DNA from: a virus
Taxonomy: Duplodnaviria > Caudoviricetes
Length of the DNA stretch: 50,212 bases
Virus record (IMG/VR): IMGVR_UViG_3300048901_000333
Coordinates: 1-50,212 of that record
Reading direction: 5' to 3' (one strand)
The translations under genes and the position numbers were made by a program. This document shows, piece after piece, positions 37,280-47,141 of the stretch. Each line of letters begins with the position of its first letter. Within the stretch, counting starts at the first letter, position 1. The notes under the pieces are model-generated. The model saw only the letters and a list, made by a program, of their open reading frames with translations, did not search any database and was not told where the DNA came from.

Positions 37280-38539
37280 CTATGCCGCGACGGGCGGAAG
37301 GCCGAGAATCTTCGAGGCGGCGTAGGTCATCTGGGCCGCGTCACTCACGATGAACTGATTGCGGTTGCCGCGCAGGCGCGCCGAGCCGGAGAGCAGCACG
37401 ATGGCGCCGCTGAGGGGCGCCGAATGGCATCCAAGCCCGGCATACCGCCACGTCGCGCCGCCGTCGGCCGATGCAACGAGGTGCGTGCCCCAGGTGTCCG
37501 ACACGATACTCAGGAGCGTGCCGTCGTTCGCGGCGAGCTGGTACATCGACTTCGCCGGCGAGCTCACGAGCGTCCAGGTGATCCCGTCGGCGGAGGCGAA
37601 GATGCGCGCCGCCGAGCTCGTCGACACGAGGAGGTAGAACGTCCCCGTCGACCCGTCGCACGCGACCCCCTTCACCTGCTCGCCAGTGAGGAGCGTCGGC
37701 ACCGTCCCCTGCGTCCACGCCTTGCCGTCGGAGCTATACGTGTAGTGCGTCCCGTCCGACTGGCTCATGATGACGAGACGGCCGGCGCTCTGCGCATAGA
37801 GCGGGAAGCCACCGCCGTTCGCGCCGACGGTGAAAAGCGTGCCGGTGGCGTTCGTGAATGGGTCGAACGGTCCGCCGGTCGCCGACCAGGCGCAGAGGAT
37901 GGTCGTCGAGGGGAGCGCATTCGTAAAAATGACGTGAACGCCCGCGAAGAACGTCGTGCCGGTGGTATTGGCCGCGCCGCTCATACCCCCGGACGACCAG
38001 CTCCCCGCGGGTGCCCAGGTCGTCGTCCCCGCGGCGAGCGCGTAGAGGTCGCCGTTGCCGATGGAGACCCCCGCGCCCGTGGTTGGGTTGAAGCTCATGT
38101 CCTCGGGCAGGTGGGTCGCCGTGCTGGTCCCGAAGAGGAACCACGTCTTCCCGTCCGGGCTCGAGGCCCATTTGAAGGTCGAGCCCGTGTTGTAGCCCAC
38201 GATCCACAGGCCGAGCTGCGCGTGCCAAGCCGGCGCCATCGCCCCCACGGCCGTCGCGCTGTTGAGCGCGGGCCCCCAGTTCGTGAGGTCGCCCCAGTTG
38301 AGCGCGTCGATCTGGCCCGCGGCATTAAGAAGCGAAAGCAGCGCGTCGTCGCGCCTGCCGACCACGTCGTTGAACTCCTGCGCCGTCGGCGCGTTGGAGG
38401 GGCCCGGCGTCCAGAAGCGATGCACGGCCGGGATACGCGTCGGTCCGCCGGCCCAGTCGTCGGAGCCCGAGGGGTAGTTCGACGTCGTCGGGTCGCTCGG
38501 GTCGGCCCACGGAAACCCGATGAACTTGGAGCGATCCAT
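37280..38539 (-). CDS. Tail fibre / receptor-binding protein with Asp-box (BNR) repeats
   Basis: SPDGKTW, SSDGKAW, SADGITW and SADGGATW; follows the baseplate wedge gene. Confidence 0.75.
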   Translation of the reverse strand: MDRSKFIGFPWADPSDPTTSNYPSGSDDWAGGPTRIPAVHRFWTPGPSNAPTAQEFNDVVGRRDDALLSLLNAAGQIDALNWGDLTNWGPALNSATAVGAMAPAWHAQLGLWIVGYNTGSTFKWASSPDGKTWFLFGTSTATHLPEDMSFNPTTGAGVSIGNGDLYALAAGTTTWAPAGSWSSGGMSGAANTTGTTFFAGVHVIFTNALPSTTILCAWSATGGPFDPFTNATGTLFTVGANGGGFPLYAQSAGRLVIMSQSDGTHYTYSSDGKAWTQGTVPTLLTGEQVKGVACDGSTGTFYLLVSTSSAARIFASADGITWTLVSSPAKSMYQLAANDGTLLSIVSDTWGTHLVASADGGATWRYAGLGCHSAPLSGAIVLLSGSARLRGNRNQFIVSDAAQMTYAASKILGLPPVAA

Positions 38540-38542
38540 CGA

Positions 38543-39160
38543 TCAGACCTCGATTCCGCTGAGGAAGCCGGTCCCGTACGTGCCGCGCACCGTGGACTCC
38601 TCGAAATCGGAGCCGGGGGCGCCCCCGGGGCTTCCGTCGCCAAAATAGAAGGTCGACGTCGCGTCCCAGTTGCCCCAGCCGACGATCCCGGCGACCTCGG
38701 GCGGGCGCGCGAGCGTGAGCGCCTTGCCGACGCCGGCGAGCACGTTCACGTCGGGGATGCTGTACGCCGTTACTGCGAAGGCCTCGGGCCAGAACTCGCT
38801 GTAGGTGAAGCCGTTGGGGAAGGCGGCCGCGCAGATCGCGAGGAGGTCCTCGCTCAGGCCGTGCGAGCGTCGCGCGAGGAGCCACACCTGGAGGAGGAAC
38901 GCGAGCTCGGGGCCGGTGAGGCCCTCGGTCGGGCAGCCGACGAGGTCGGCGAGCTGGAGGAGCGCCTGGTCGGGCGGTCCGGCGGGAATGGTGCGCGTGA
39001 GGAGCTGCGAGCGGATGACACCCCAGATCGCGTCCTCGAGCTCCTGGGCCTCGGCGAGGAAGGCCGAGACCACCGCCGAGAGGTTCGGCTTGCCCTGGTA
39101 CTGCGTGAGGAGCCGCGCGAGGCCCTGGGGGACGTAGTCGGGGTTTTGCGTGGGGAGCAT
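38543..39160 (-). CDS. Baseplate wedge protein (DUF2612/gpI-like)
   Basis: RLLTQYQGKPNL; follows baseplate J. Confidence 0.75.
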   Translation of the reverse strand: MLPTQNPDYVPQGLARLLTQYQGKPNLSAVVSAFLAEAQELEDAIWGVIRSQLLTRTIPAGPPDQALLQLADLVGCPTEGLTGPELAFLLQVWLLARRSHGLSEDLLAICAAAFPNGFTYSEFWPEAFAVTAYSIPDVNVLAGVGKALTLARPPEVAGIVGWGNWDATSTFYFGDGSPGGAPGSDFEESTVRGTYGTGFLSGIEV

Positions 39161-39172
39161 TGGGCGAGCTCC

Positions 39173-40537
39173 TCAGGGCACGAAGACGTGAGGGTTGACC
39201 GTGATGTTGACGTTCTTGAGCGTCGCGAATTGGCCGATCTCGACGCTGACGTTTCCGTTCGGCTCGAGGGGCGGCGTCGTCGAAGGGGACGTGACGGCGA
39301 AGTTTTGGACGTCGAAGACGCCCGCTTGGGCCTGCGCGATCGCCTTGAACGCGCTCGCGACAAAGTCGCGGCCCGGTCCGAGCGTCGTGATCGAGCTGCC
39401 CGTCGGCGTGACGGTCGACCCGTACATCTTGAACGCGGAGCCCTGGGCCGCCGCGACGAGGGCGTCCTTGACCGCGCTCTGGATGGCGCCCCACTGAAGG
39501 GGGTCGATCGCGGGATCGATGTAGACGTCCATCGTGACGGAGACGTCGACCGGCGTGGCGCGCGTGAAGCCCACCGTGCGCGTGGTGCCCTGCGAGTCGA
39601 CGACGCTCACGTTCGTCGAGCCGTAGGGTCTCGAGGCGCCAGCCTTGTTCGACCAGATGGCCTTCGCGATCAGCGGATCGTGCTGCGCCTGCACGGAGGG
39701 GTCGCTCGTTCCGTCGTAGACGACGGCCATGTACGTCTTGCCGGGGAGGCCGGTGATCGGGTCGAAGACGAGCGTCGTGTTCTCGTACATCTGCACGGTG
39801 GCCGTCGTCACGGGCGGCGAGGCGCCGGCGAGCGCGAGGAGGATCGCGGCGCGCGTGGCCTCGAGCGTGTCGTTGCCCGACGCACCCAGCTCGTCCTTCT
39901 GCCGCTGACGGTAGGGGGGGTCGACTTCGACGAGCGCGCCCAGCGAGACGGCGCCGACGTCGGCGATGCTGACCCAGCCCGAGACGGGGACCTTCTGATT
40001 GAGCTGGCCGGCGCCGGCGCCGATGAGCGCGTTGCCCGAGTCGGGCCCCATATCGAGGCTCTTGAAGAGGAACGTCGTGCCGCCGGTCCACTGGTGCGCC
40101 GTGCCGATGGGAGAATGATCGTCGCCCGTCGTCGGCACGATGATCGTGTCGACGTTGGTGAAGCGCGCGGTGGGGTAGCCGTTCACGTACGCCACGAGGG
40201 CGCCGGCGGCGTACGTGCCCGCGGCCGAGAAGTGCAGCGTGCACGATACGAACGACGGCCGCTCCTTCGCGCGCTTCGTCCCCGTGAGTGTGCCGATATT
40301 GTCGAGCAGCGCCCCCTCGGCGTCGCCGCGGTTCGTCGCGTTGAAGGCGACGGCCGCGAGCTCCCAGAGCTCGCCGAGGGCCTCGCTCCCGATGCCGATC
40401 ACCTGGCCCGGCGGCTGGTCGTCGGCGAGCTCGAGGTCGCTCGCGACGGTGGAGAGCACGCGCGCCTTCCAGTCGGCGGCGATCTGCGCGACCGGCTTCT
40501 TCACGAAGCCGGCGGAGGTGACGCCGTAGGTCGTCAC
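39173..40537 (-). CDS. Baseplate J/gp47 protein
   Basis: YGVTSAGF, AEGALLDNIG, E.D..YRQR and MYENTT. Confidence 0.88.
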   Translation of the reverse strand: MTTYGVTSAGFVKKPVAQIAADWKARVLSTVASDLELADDQPPGQVIGIGSEALGELWELAAVAFNATNRGDAEGALLDNIGTLTGTKRAKERPSFVSCTLHFSAAGTYAAGALVAYVNGYPTARFTNVDTIIVPTTGDDHSPIGTAHQWTGGTTFLFKSLDMGPDSGNALIGAGAGQLNQKVPVSGWVSIADVGAVSLGALVEVDPPYRQRQKDELGASGNDTLEATRAAILLALAGASPPVTTATVQMYENTTLVFDPITGLPGKTYMAVVYDGTSDPSVQAQHDPLIAKAIWSNKAGASRPYGSTNVSVVDSQGTTRTVGFTRATPVDVSVTMDVYIDPAIDPLQWGAIQSAVKDALVAAAQGSAFKMYGSTVTPTGSSITTLGPGRDFVASAFKAIAQAQAGVFDVQNFAVTSPSTTPPLEPNGNVSVEIGQFATLKNVNITVNPHVFVP

Positions 40538-40890
40538 GGGAGGCTCACCGTGGTGCCGTCGTCCATGCGCACCGTGGCCTGGTACTGCACGTCGCGGAGC
40601 TGCCGGTTGTAGCGAAGCGCGAGGTCGTCGACGGCGAGGACGCCGGGGATCGCGAGCAAGAACTTGTGGAGTCGGTGGCGGATGGCGACGAGGTCGGGGT
40701 TCTTCTTCGTGACGTCCCGCCAGGGGAAGCCGAGCGTCGTGTCGAGGAACCACTCCCCCTCGATCGTCTGCAGCGCGGCGCGGATGCGGACCTGAGCGCA
40801 GACGCGCGGGTCGTGCTCGAGCGCGCTCGGGCCGTTGCCGATCGTCGGGAGCACCATGTCCCCCTGGCTCGTCTGCGCCCAGGTGCTCAT
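40534..40890 (-). CDS. Baseplate gp25/gpW-like sheath initiator
   Basis: GEWFLDTTLGFPW and IPGV. Confidence 0.8.
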   Translation of the reverse strand: MSTWAQTSQGDMVLPTIGNGPSALEHDPRVCAQVRIRAALQTIEGEWFLDTTLGFPWRDVTKKNPDLVAIRHRLHKFLLAIPGVLAVDDLALRYNRQLRDVQYQATVRMDDGTTVSLP

Positions 40891-41198
40891 CGATCCCACC
40901 ATCGGCCCGAGGGCGGCCGCGGCGAGGGGTCGGGCGCGAACGCGCGCGCGCGGAAGTACTCGAGCAGCGCCTCGAGGGAGATGCCGGCGGGTTCGGGCGG
41001 CGTGAGGGCCGAGGCCAGGAGCTTGGCGACGAGCTGCGCCGGCGTGTGGACGTCGAGCTTCCGGTTGATGTGCGCCCGGTGCGCGTGGATGGTCTTCACG
41101 CTGCGGCCGAGATGGAGCGCGATCTGCGCGTTGCTCCAGCCATTGACCACGTGCATCGCGATCACGGCTTCGGTCGGGGAGAGGGCCTCACGGCTCAC
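40887..41198 (-). CDS. Stand-alone LuxR-type HTH regulator
   Basis: LSPTE...GWSNAQIALHLGRSVKTIHAHRAHINRKLDV. Confidence 0.85.
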   Translation of the reverse strand: MSREALSPTEAVIAMHVVNGWSNAQIALHLGRSVKTIHAHRAHINRKLDVHTPAQLVAKLLASALTPPEPAGISLEALLEYFRARAFAPDPSPRPPSGRWWDR

Positions 41199-41893
41199 GG
41201 AAGGTCCTCGAAGCCGACGAACGAGTCGACGTCGAACGCCGCCGGCGGCGGCGCCGGGGCGGCCGCGAGCTCGTCGAGCTCGTCGTCCTCGAGCGGCTCC
41301 TCGAGGCGCTCGTCCTCCTCCTCGTCACGCGCCTGCAGGATCGGGAGACGGCGCTTCCCCACCGGGCCGGGGGCGACGTAGTCGAGGATGGCGTCACCGG
41401 GCTCGGTGCCGGCGAGGACCTTCGCGAGCGCCTTCGTCTCGACCTGGCGCGTGCGCTCGCGCGTGAAGTTCATGAGCTCGCCGACGCGCTCGAGCGTCGC
41501 GCCCCCCTGGTCGGCGACGTCGAGCGCGCACGTGCGGTCCATCTCCCAGACCTCGAGGTCGGGGAAGTTCACCTTGATGGCCCCCGTCTTCGCCGAGACG
41601 TCGAGGTACAGGTGGTGCTTGCACGAGACGAAGGGGCATGGACGCGGCGCGTCGACGCACTCGGCGCGCGTGCGGGGGCGCTCGATTCCTTCGACGGGCG
41701 GGTTCAGGAGGCGCCCGAGCTCGAGCTCCCGCTTCGTCATGCGTTTCGTGGAGATCGTGGACGCGCGCACCTCGCGATGACGGCGCGATCGCCGCTGCTC
41801 CCGCGAGAGCGGCGGCGTGCCTTCGAGCGCCGCGACGGCGACGGCGACGGGGTCCGGGACGTCGAGCGGCAGCGCCTTCGCGTGATCGTCCAT
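41195..41893 (-). CDS. Cys/His zinc module plus sigma-70 region-4 HTH, with an acidic tail
   Basis: RPRTRAEC...[11 protein letters not shown] and [26 protein letters not shown]. Confidence 0.85.
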   Translation of the reverse strand: MDDHAKALPLDVPDPVAVAVAALEGTPPLSREQRRSRRHREVRASTISTKRMTKRELELGRLLNPPVEGIERPRTRAECVDAPRPCPFVSCKHHLYLDVSAKTGAIKVNFPDLEVWEMDRTCALDVADQGGATLERVGELMNFTRERTRQVETKALAKVLAGTEPGDAILDYVAPGPVGKRRLPILQARDEEEDERLEEPLEDDELDELAAAPAPPPAAFDVDSFVGFEDLP

Positions 41894-41902
41894 GGCCGAA
41901 AC

Positions 41903-42088
41903 CTAGGCGCGGCGCATGAACGTCCCGCGGCGCGGCTTCCAATGGACGCGCCTCATCCTCGAGGAGTGCCAGCGCGTCGCCTGCGCCGCGGCGTGCTCCT
42001 CGCGGTAGACGAAGTCGGAGACCAGCTCGGCGGCGGGGTCCTGCTCGAGGACGAACCCGTCCGCGACCAGCGCGTCGGGGGGTGCCAT
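41903..42088 (-). CDS. Hypothetical protein (61 aa)
   Basis: Promoter motif upstream; its TAG is part of the next motif. Confidence 0.5.
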   Translation of the reverse strand: MAPPDALVADGFVLEQDPAAELVSDFVYREEHAAAQATRWHSSRMRRVHWKPRRGTFMRRA

Positions 42089-42115
42089 GCGGCGAAACTA
42101 GCGTCCAGGTAGACG

Positions 42116-42844
42116 CTACTTGGCCTTCACCACGTCCGCGGCGACGGAGCTGAGGGGCCCGATGGCCGACGTCACGTTCACCACGGGCGCGACCGTCACG
42201 ACGGGTGACCCGGCGGGGCCCGCCGGCGGAGCGATGAGCGCGAGGATCGCGTCGAGGGGGACCTGGAGCTTGAGGAGCGCCGCGTCGACCTTGTCGGCGA
42301 GCGCCACGAAGCTGCTCGGGCTCGCCCCCAGCGCGATCGTCGTGGCGTTCGCGCGGATCTCGTTCCCGCTCGGGAGCGTGATCACGAGGTCGTCGCCCGG
42401 GTCCTCGAGCGCGCCGCCGTCGGTGAGGTCGTACGGGAGCGCGAGCCAGTAGCCGCCGCCGTGCCGGCGCACGTCGGGCGGGTCCTCCGCTTCGCCGGTC
42501 CCGAAGTGCGCCGTGGGGTCGAGGTCGAAGCTCACGAGCGTGACCTTGTCCCCCGCCTGCAGCTTCCAGCGCACGGAGATGCCGCCCCCCTTGGGGAACG
42601 CGACCGGCACCTCGGGGATCTCCTCCCACGGCTCGCTCACGCGGTCGCCGGTGGTCGTGTCCTGGCGCACGTCGTGGACGGCGGGCTGCACGTCGACGCG
42701 TGCCGGGGCGCCCGGGCTGCCGCCGCTCGGCGCGGAGCTCGGGTAGTACGCCGTCACGATGCCGGGCATCACCTTGTGGACGTCGCCGAGGACGCCGTTG
42801 ACGGCCGCGTCGACGACCTCGCTGATCCGGACCTGCGCGCGCAT
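42116..42844 (-). CDS. Baseplate spike (Gp138/gpV-like)
   Basis: VDVQP, IPEVPVAFPKGGG and RRH; TAATG-coupled. Confidence 0.8.
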   Translation of the reverse strand: MRAQVRISEVVDAAVNGVLGDVHKVMPGIVTAYYPSSAPSGGSPGAPARVDVQPAVHDVRQDTTTGDRVSEPWEEIPEVPVAFPKGGGISVRWKLQAGDKVTLVSFDLDPTAHFGTGEAEDPPDVRRHGGGYWLALPYDLTDGGALEDPGDDLVITLPSGNEIRANATTIALGASPSSFVALADKVDAALLKLQVPLDAILALIAPPAGPAGSPVVTVAPVVNVTSAIGPLSSVAADVVKAK

Positions 42845-43059
42845 TAGCCCCTCCTCGCGTGGCAGACGTAGCAGCCGCACCCGGCGGTATGCTTCGAAGC
42901 GTCCGTCGGTGCCTCGGCGGCGAGCCCGCGGCTCGTGCGGACAGCGCGCCGGTAGTTCCGGAGCGCGAGCAGCTCGTCGGCGATCGCGGTGACGTCGCCC
43001 TCGGTGGCGCGCTCCGGATGCAGCGAGAGATACGCGAGCTCGGCGTCGGTGAGGGCCAT
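42844..43059 (-). CDS. Hypothetical insert in the baseplate operon
   Basis: Coupled at both ends; HTAGCGCYVCH. Confidence 0.55.
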   Translation of the reverse strand: MALTDAELAYLSLHPERATEGDVTAIADELLALRNYRRAVRTSRGLAAEAPTDASKHTAGCGCYVCHARRG

Positions 43060-43955
43060 CAGTACCTCGCCGCCTCGATCGCGTGGCCCCAGTCGGTGCC
43101 CGCGGTGTCGCCCTTCGTCTCGACGCTGAGGACCTTGAAGCCGCCCGAGACCGTCGCCGCGCGCACGTCGATCGCGACGCCGGGCGCGACGTCCGGGAGC
43201 ATGAGCGTCTTCACGCTGAGGATGCCCTTCGTGTCGACCGTCGGCGAGCCGAGCATCCCGTGGTCGGCGTCGACGAGCACCGCCTGCCCGTTCAAAGGCT
43301 GCCCCAGCGCGGTGAGCTGCAGCGCGCCGTTCTGGATCGACCACTCGAGGCCGACGGAGCGGCAGAAGTGCGTCATGAGCTCGGCGGCGCCCCCCTTGAG
43401 GACGACGCCTCGCGAGAAGAGCTGCGCGGCGAGCGCCTGCTCCTTCAAGCGCGTGATGCCGGCCGAGAGGTTCCCCTCCCCCACGCCCAGCGCCTCGAGG
43501 ATCTTCTTGATGCCCTGCTCGTGCGTGGACCCGCGCGAGAGCGCGATCGAGAGGCGCGTCTGCGTGAGCGCGTCGTCGCCGTCGCCCGTAGTGAGCTCCG
43601 TCACCCACGTGCCGCCGGTGCGGATGGAATGCCCGGCGCGGAGCTCGCCCGAGAAGAGGACCGACTGCCGCCCGCGGTAGCCGGCGGAGAGAACGACGGG
43701 CACCTTCGTCTTCGCCGCGCCGGGGACGGTCGATTGCTCGATCGCCTTCCGGTGATCCTCGGAGAGGTTCTTGATGGAGAGATCGCAGGTGTTCGGCTGG
43801 GGCTTCGTCGCGCTGTGCGTGACCTTCACGCCGCGGCGGACCGTGAACTCGACGTCCATCCCGGTGCCGCCGCCGGCGTCGAGGAGGAGCGTCCCCACCT
43901 GCACCGTCGCCCGGCGGCCGAAGAGGAGCGCGGGATCGTCGATGGGCTGCGTCAC
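43059..43955 (-). CDS. Baseplate hub protein
   Basis: PNTCDLSIKNLS, LSAGY, WSIQNGALQ and GMLGSP. Confidence 0.8.
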   Translation of the reverse strand: MTQPIDDPALLFGRRATVQVGTLLLDAGGGTGMDVEFTVRRGVKVTHSATKPQPNTCDLSIKNLSEDHRKAIEQSTVPGAAKTKVPVVLSAGYRGRQSVLFSGELRAGHSIRTGGTWVTELTTGDGDDALTQTRLSIALSRGSTHEQGIKKILEALGVGEGNLSAGITRLKEQALAAQLFSRGVVLKGGAAELMTHFCRSVGLEWSIQNGALQLTALGQPLNGQAVLVDADHGMLGSPTVDTKGILSVKTLMLPDVAPGVAIDVRAATVSGGFKVLSVETKGDTAGTDWGHAIEAARY

Positions 43956-44296
43956 GTGGCCTCCGCGAGCTCGGCGGCCGTGACGTACACGAGGTAGCAG
44001 CGGCCCCCGTCCTCGAGGTCGGCGAGGCCCGGCGGCGAGAGGTCGGTCGTGTTGGAGCGGACGACGAGCATGCCCGCGGGGCACGCCGGATCGGCGCACC
44101 CGTCGAGGAGCGGCCAGTTGCAAAGGAGCTTCCGCCCCGCGGCGATCGGCACCCCCTCGAGCGTCGCGAGGTCGAGGTACCAGCAATCGCACCGCTGGTT
44201 GTAGGCGAAGCGCATGCGGTAGACGACGCCGTCGAGCGTCGTCGACTGCGTGACGTCGACCTCGTCGCGCGTGGGGCCGGGGATCTGGAGGCTCAC
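43952..44296 (-). CDS. Baseplate plug-like protein
   Basis: TLDGVVY.....YNQR...WYLDL. Confidence 0.7.
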   Translation of the reverse strand: MSLQIPGPTRDEVDVTQSTTLDGVVYRMRFAYNQRCDCWYLDLATLEGVPIAAGRKLLCNWPLLDGCADPACPAGMLVVRSNTTDLSPPGLADLEDGGRCYLVYVTAAELAEAT

Positions 44297-45252
44297 GGGC
44301 CCCCCGAGAGGAGCGCCTTCGTGTCCGTCTCGCCCGCCTTGAAGCCCTGGGCGAAGGCCTTCGCCGCGGCCGCGATCTCGTCGGCGAGCTCGCTCCCCTG
44401 CTGGTTCCCCTTCGACTTGGGCTTCTTCGCCCGCGGGACGCTGGGCTTCGGCGCGACGACGGTCTGCGTGGAGACGATGCGGATCTCGATGAACGAGAGC
44501 GTCACCGAAGCGCCGGCGCCGCCGTCGCTCGAGCGCGCGTGACTGAAGTTGGCGAAGGCCATCCCGCCGATCCCCGTGGGGCCGATGCAGGCGTCCTTCG
44601 AGCCGATGACGTCCACGGTCTGCCCCGCGTCACGCAGGGAGCGGAGGAGCGCGATCGTCTGCTGGACGAAGTCGCCGGGCGAGGACGGCGTCGTCGTCAT
44701 CGGCGTGAAGCCGGCCGGCGCCGTCGGCTTCTTCGCCGCGGCGTTCGTCTGGTAGTCCTCGAAGACGACCTTCGGCTGGAAGAGCGCGCCGCCGATGAGG
44801 CTCCCCACGGCGCCCCCGATCGCGCCGCCGACGGGGCCGCCGATGGCACTGCCGACGGCGCCGCCCGCGGTGGCGGCGAGCGCCTTCGCCAGGATGTTGT
44901 TCTCCCAGCGGGGCGCGCTGATCTTCCCGTTCCACGTCGTCGTGAGCTGGCGCGCGGGGAGCGTGACCGTGTCGCCCGGGCCGAAGTCGAGATCGGTCCA
45001 TTGGTTCGACTCGTGCGGGCTGTTCGTGAGGAAGATCTGCAGCTCGCACGTGCGAAGCCCCGGCCGGATGTGGTCGGTGACGTTCGCGCCCTGCTCGACG
45101 GGGCTCTGCGTGACGTCGCTCGGTGCGCTCCACTCCTCCTTCTCGACCAGGTCGAAGATGAGGGTCTGCGTCGCGCCGGCGGCGTCGGTCCACGAGAGGT
45201 ACGCGCCCGAGAGGAGCCCCTGGGGCGAGGTGCGGGGGACGACGGAGCTCAC
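44293..45252 (-). CDS. Dit-like / tail-tube initiator baseplate protein
   Basis: VTQSPVEQGANVTDH and LSFIEIRIV; follows the tape measure gene. Confidence 0.75.
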   Translation of the reverse strand: MSSVVPRTSPQGLLSGAYLSWTDAAGATQTLIFDLVEKEEWSAPSDVTQSPVEQGANVTDHIRPGLRTCELQIFLTNSPHESNQWTDLDFGPGDTVTLPARQLTTTWNGKISAPRWENNILAKALAATAGGAVGSAIGGPVGGAIGGAVGSLIGGALFQPKVVFEDYQTNAAAKKPTAPAGFTPMTTTPSSPGDFVQQTIALLRSLRDAGQTVDVIGSKDACIGPTGIGGMAFANFSHARSSDGGAGASVTLSFIEIRIVSTQTVVAPKPSVPRAKKPKSKGNQQGSELADEIAAAAKAFAQGFKAGETDTKALLSGGP

Positions 45253-46874
45253 GGTTTCACCACGGCCGCGAGCGCGGCGTCGAGGTCCTTCGCCGTGTAC
45301 GAGGCGACGCCCTTGCCGACGGCGGCGCCGACGGCCTGCGGCTGATCGCTCGAGGTGTAGACGTTGACGTCGTACTTGTTCTCCTGGTGCACGGCGTTCG
45401 ACGTCGAGCCCGCGCCGGCGCCGGCGGGCCCGGGGAGGCGCACCGAGAGATCGGGGAGCCCCTGCAGGCCCGCGAGGTCGCTCTGGGGCGCGCGGTGCAC
45501 CGTCGCGACGCCGTAGTCGCTCGTCCGCGTCGAGACCTGCCCGACGCCGAGGTCGCCGAGGATGCCGCCCTTCCCGAAGACGGCGTCGCCCGCCTTGTCG
45601 ATGGCCTTGCCGATGGGCTCGAACGAGCCCGACTGGATGGCTTGCGGGATCGCGGCGAGCGCCTGGACGAGCCCGACGAGGAGGCGCGAGAGGCTCATCA
45701 CGAGCTTGATGATGTCCAGGAAGAACGTCTTCACCGCGCCGCTTCCGGCGATGGTCTCGCCGACGCCGGCGAAGATGCCGGTGAAGTAGCCGAGGGCGAA
45801 GGCGCTCGCGCGGATGGCGGCCTTCGTCTCGCTCCAGAGCTCTTTGAGCTGCTCGACGATCTGTTGCTTCCCCTGCACCCCGACCATCTGCTCGATGAAG
45901 TCCCCGAGGACCGAGGTGTCCCCCTTCACCATCGCGGCGAGGTCCTGGAACACCCACACGAGGCCGCCCACGATGGCGATGATGGGCCCGAACTCCACGA
46001 GGAGCGGCGCGATCAGGGCCCACGCCGCGGCCGTCGCGGAGGCCAGCGCGTCGACGAGGAGCACGCCCACGATCGCGGCGACGGTCACGAAGGTCGCCTG
46101 GACGAGGTGCGTGTTCTTGTCGAGCTCGAGGAGCTCCGTGACGACGAGCTGCAGGACCTTCCCGAAGGCGTCGATCGCGGGGAGCACGGCCGCGATCGCG
46201 CGGTCCTTGAGGCTCGCGAGGCCGAAGGCGAAGTGCTCGTAGCCGTCCTGGGCCTCCTTCACGTCCTTGTAGAAGTCGTCGCCGAGGGCGTTGCCGAGCT
46301 TCGCCGCGTCCGTCATCGCGGCGCGGAAGGCGTCGCTCCCCTGCGAGAGGATGGGGACGAGCGAGCGCCCGGCGCGCCCGAAGAGCTGCATCGACACGGC
46401 GGCGCGGGCGTTCTGGTCGGGGAGCGCCGCCATGCCGTCGGCGACGTCGGCGATCACGTCCTGGAGGTCGCGCGCCGAGCCGTCGGGTTCCTTGAGGGCG
46501 ACGCCGAGCTTCGCGAACGCCGCCGCCGTCTCGCCGCCCTTCGTCTCGGCCTCGCCGAGGTTCTTTTGGAGGAGGCCGAGGCTGTTGGCGGCCGCCTCGA
46601 GGTCGACGCCGGCGTCCTGGGCGACGAGGCCGAAGTTCCGGATGACGTGCGCGGAGACGTCGAGCCGGCTCGCGAGCTCCTGGAGGTGCGAGTCGGCCTC
46701 GATGGTCCCCTTCACGAACTCGAACATCCGATCGGCGAGGAACACCTCGCCGACGATGCCCATGACGTGCTTGACCTTCGCCTCGAGGCCGTCGAGCGAC
46801 TTGTCCGCCTTCTTCAGCTCGCCGTCGTTGACCTCGATGTCAAAGAGGGCGAGCAGCTCCCGGAGCGCCTGCAT
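45249..46874 (-). CDS. Tape measure protein (541 aa)
   Basis: Ala-rich helical, AAFAKLGV and LFGRAG, TM stretch; follows the chaperone genes. Confidence 0.85.
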   Translation of the reverse strand: MQALRELLALFDIEVNDGELKKADKSLDGLEAKVKHVMGIVGEVFLADRMFEFVKGTIEADSHLQELASRLDVSAHVIRNFGLVAQDAGVDLEAAANSLGLLQKNLGEAETKGGETAAAFAKLGVALKEPDGSARDLQDVIADVADGMAALPDQNARAAVSMQLFGRAGRSLVPILSQGSDAFRAAMTDAAKLGNALGDDFYKDVKEAQDGYEHFAFGLASLKDRAIAAVLPAIDAFGKVLQLVVTELLELDKNTHLVQATFVTVAAIVGVLLVDALASATAAAWALIAPLLVEFGPIIAIVGGLVWVFQDLAAMVKGDTSVLGDFIEQMVGVQGKQQIVEQLKELWSETKAAIRASAFALGYFTGIFAGVGETIAGSGAVKTFFLDIIKLVMSLSRLLVGLVQALAAIPQAIQSGSFEPIGKAIDKAGDAVFGKGGILGDLGVGQVSTRTSDYGVATVHRAPQSDLAGLQGLPDLSVRLPGPAGAGAGSTSNAVHQENKYDVNVYTSSDQPQAVGAAVGKGVASYTAKDLDAALAAVVKP

Positions 46875-46877
46875 GGT

Positions 46878-47141
46878 CTACCTCCCCGGCCCGCGCAGCC
46901 GCCGCTCCGCCTCGGCCTTCTCTCGCGCCTCGTCCTCGGCCGCCTCGATCGCGTCGAGGAGCAGGTGCGCGTCGTCCGCTTCCGCGAACGTCCACTCCTC
47001 CTCGAGCTCGCGCATGGAGCGGACCTTCAGGCGATCGCCGGCGAGGAGGAGTCGCCACCCCCACCAGTTGATGCCGTCGGGGATTCGGATGCGGACGCCC
47101 CCGCCGCTTCGCTCGCGCGGCTGGGGGCGCGCACGAAAAGG
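46878..47141 (-). CDS. Tail chaperone -1 frameshift extension (gpGT-like)
   Basis: Overlapping -1 frame after CCTTTTC at 47135-47141. Confidence 0.6.
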   Translation of the reverse strand, partial: PFRARPQPRERSGGGVRIRIPDGINWWGWRLLLAGDRLKVRSMRELEEEWTFAEADDAHLLLDAIEAAEDEAREKAEAERRLRGPGR

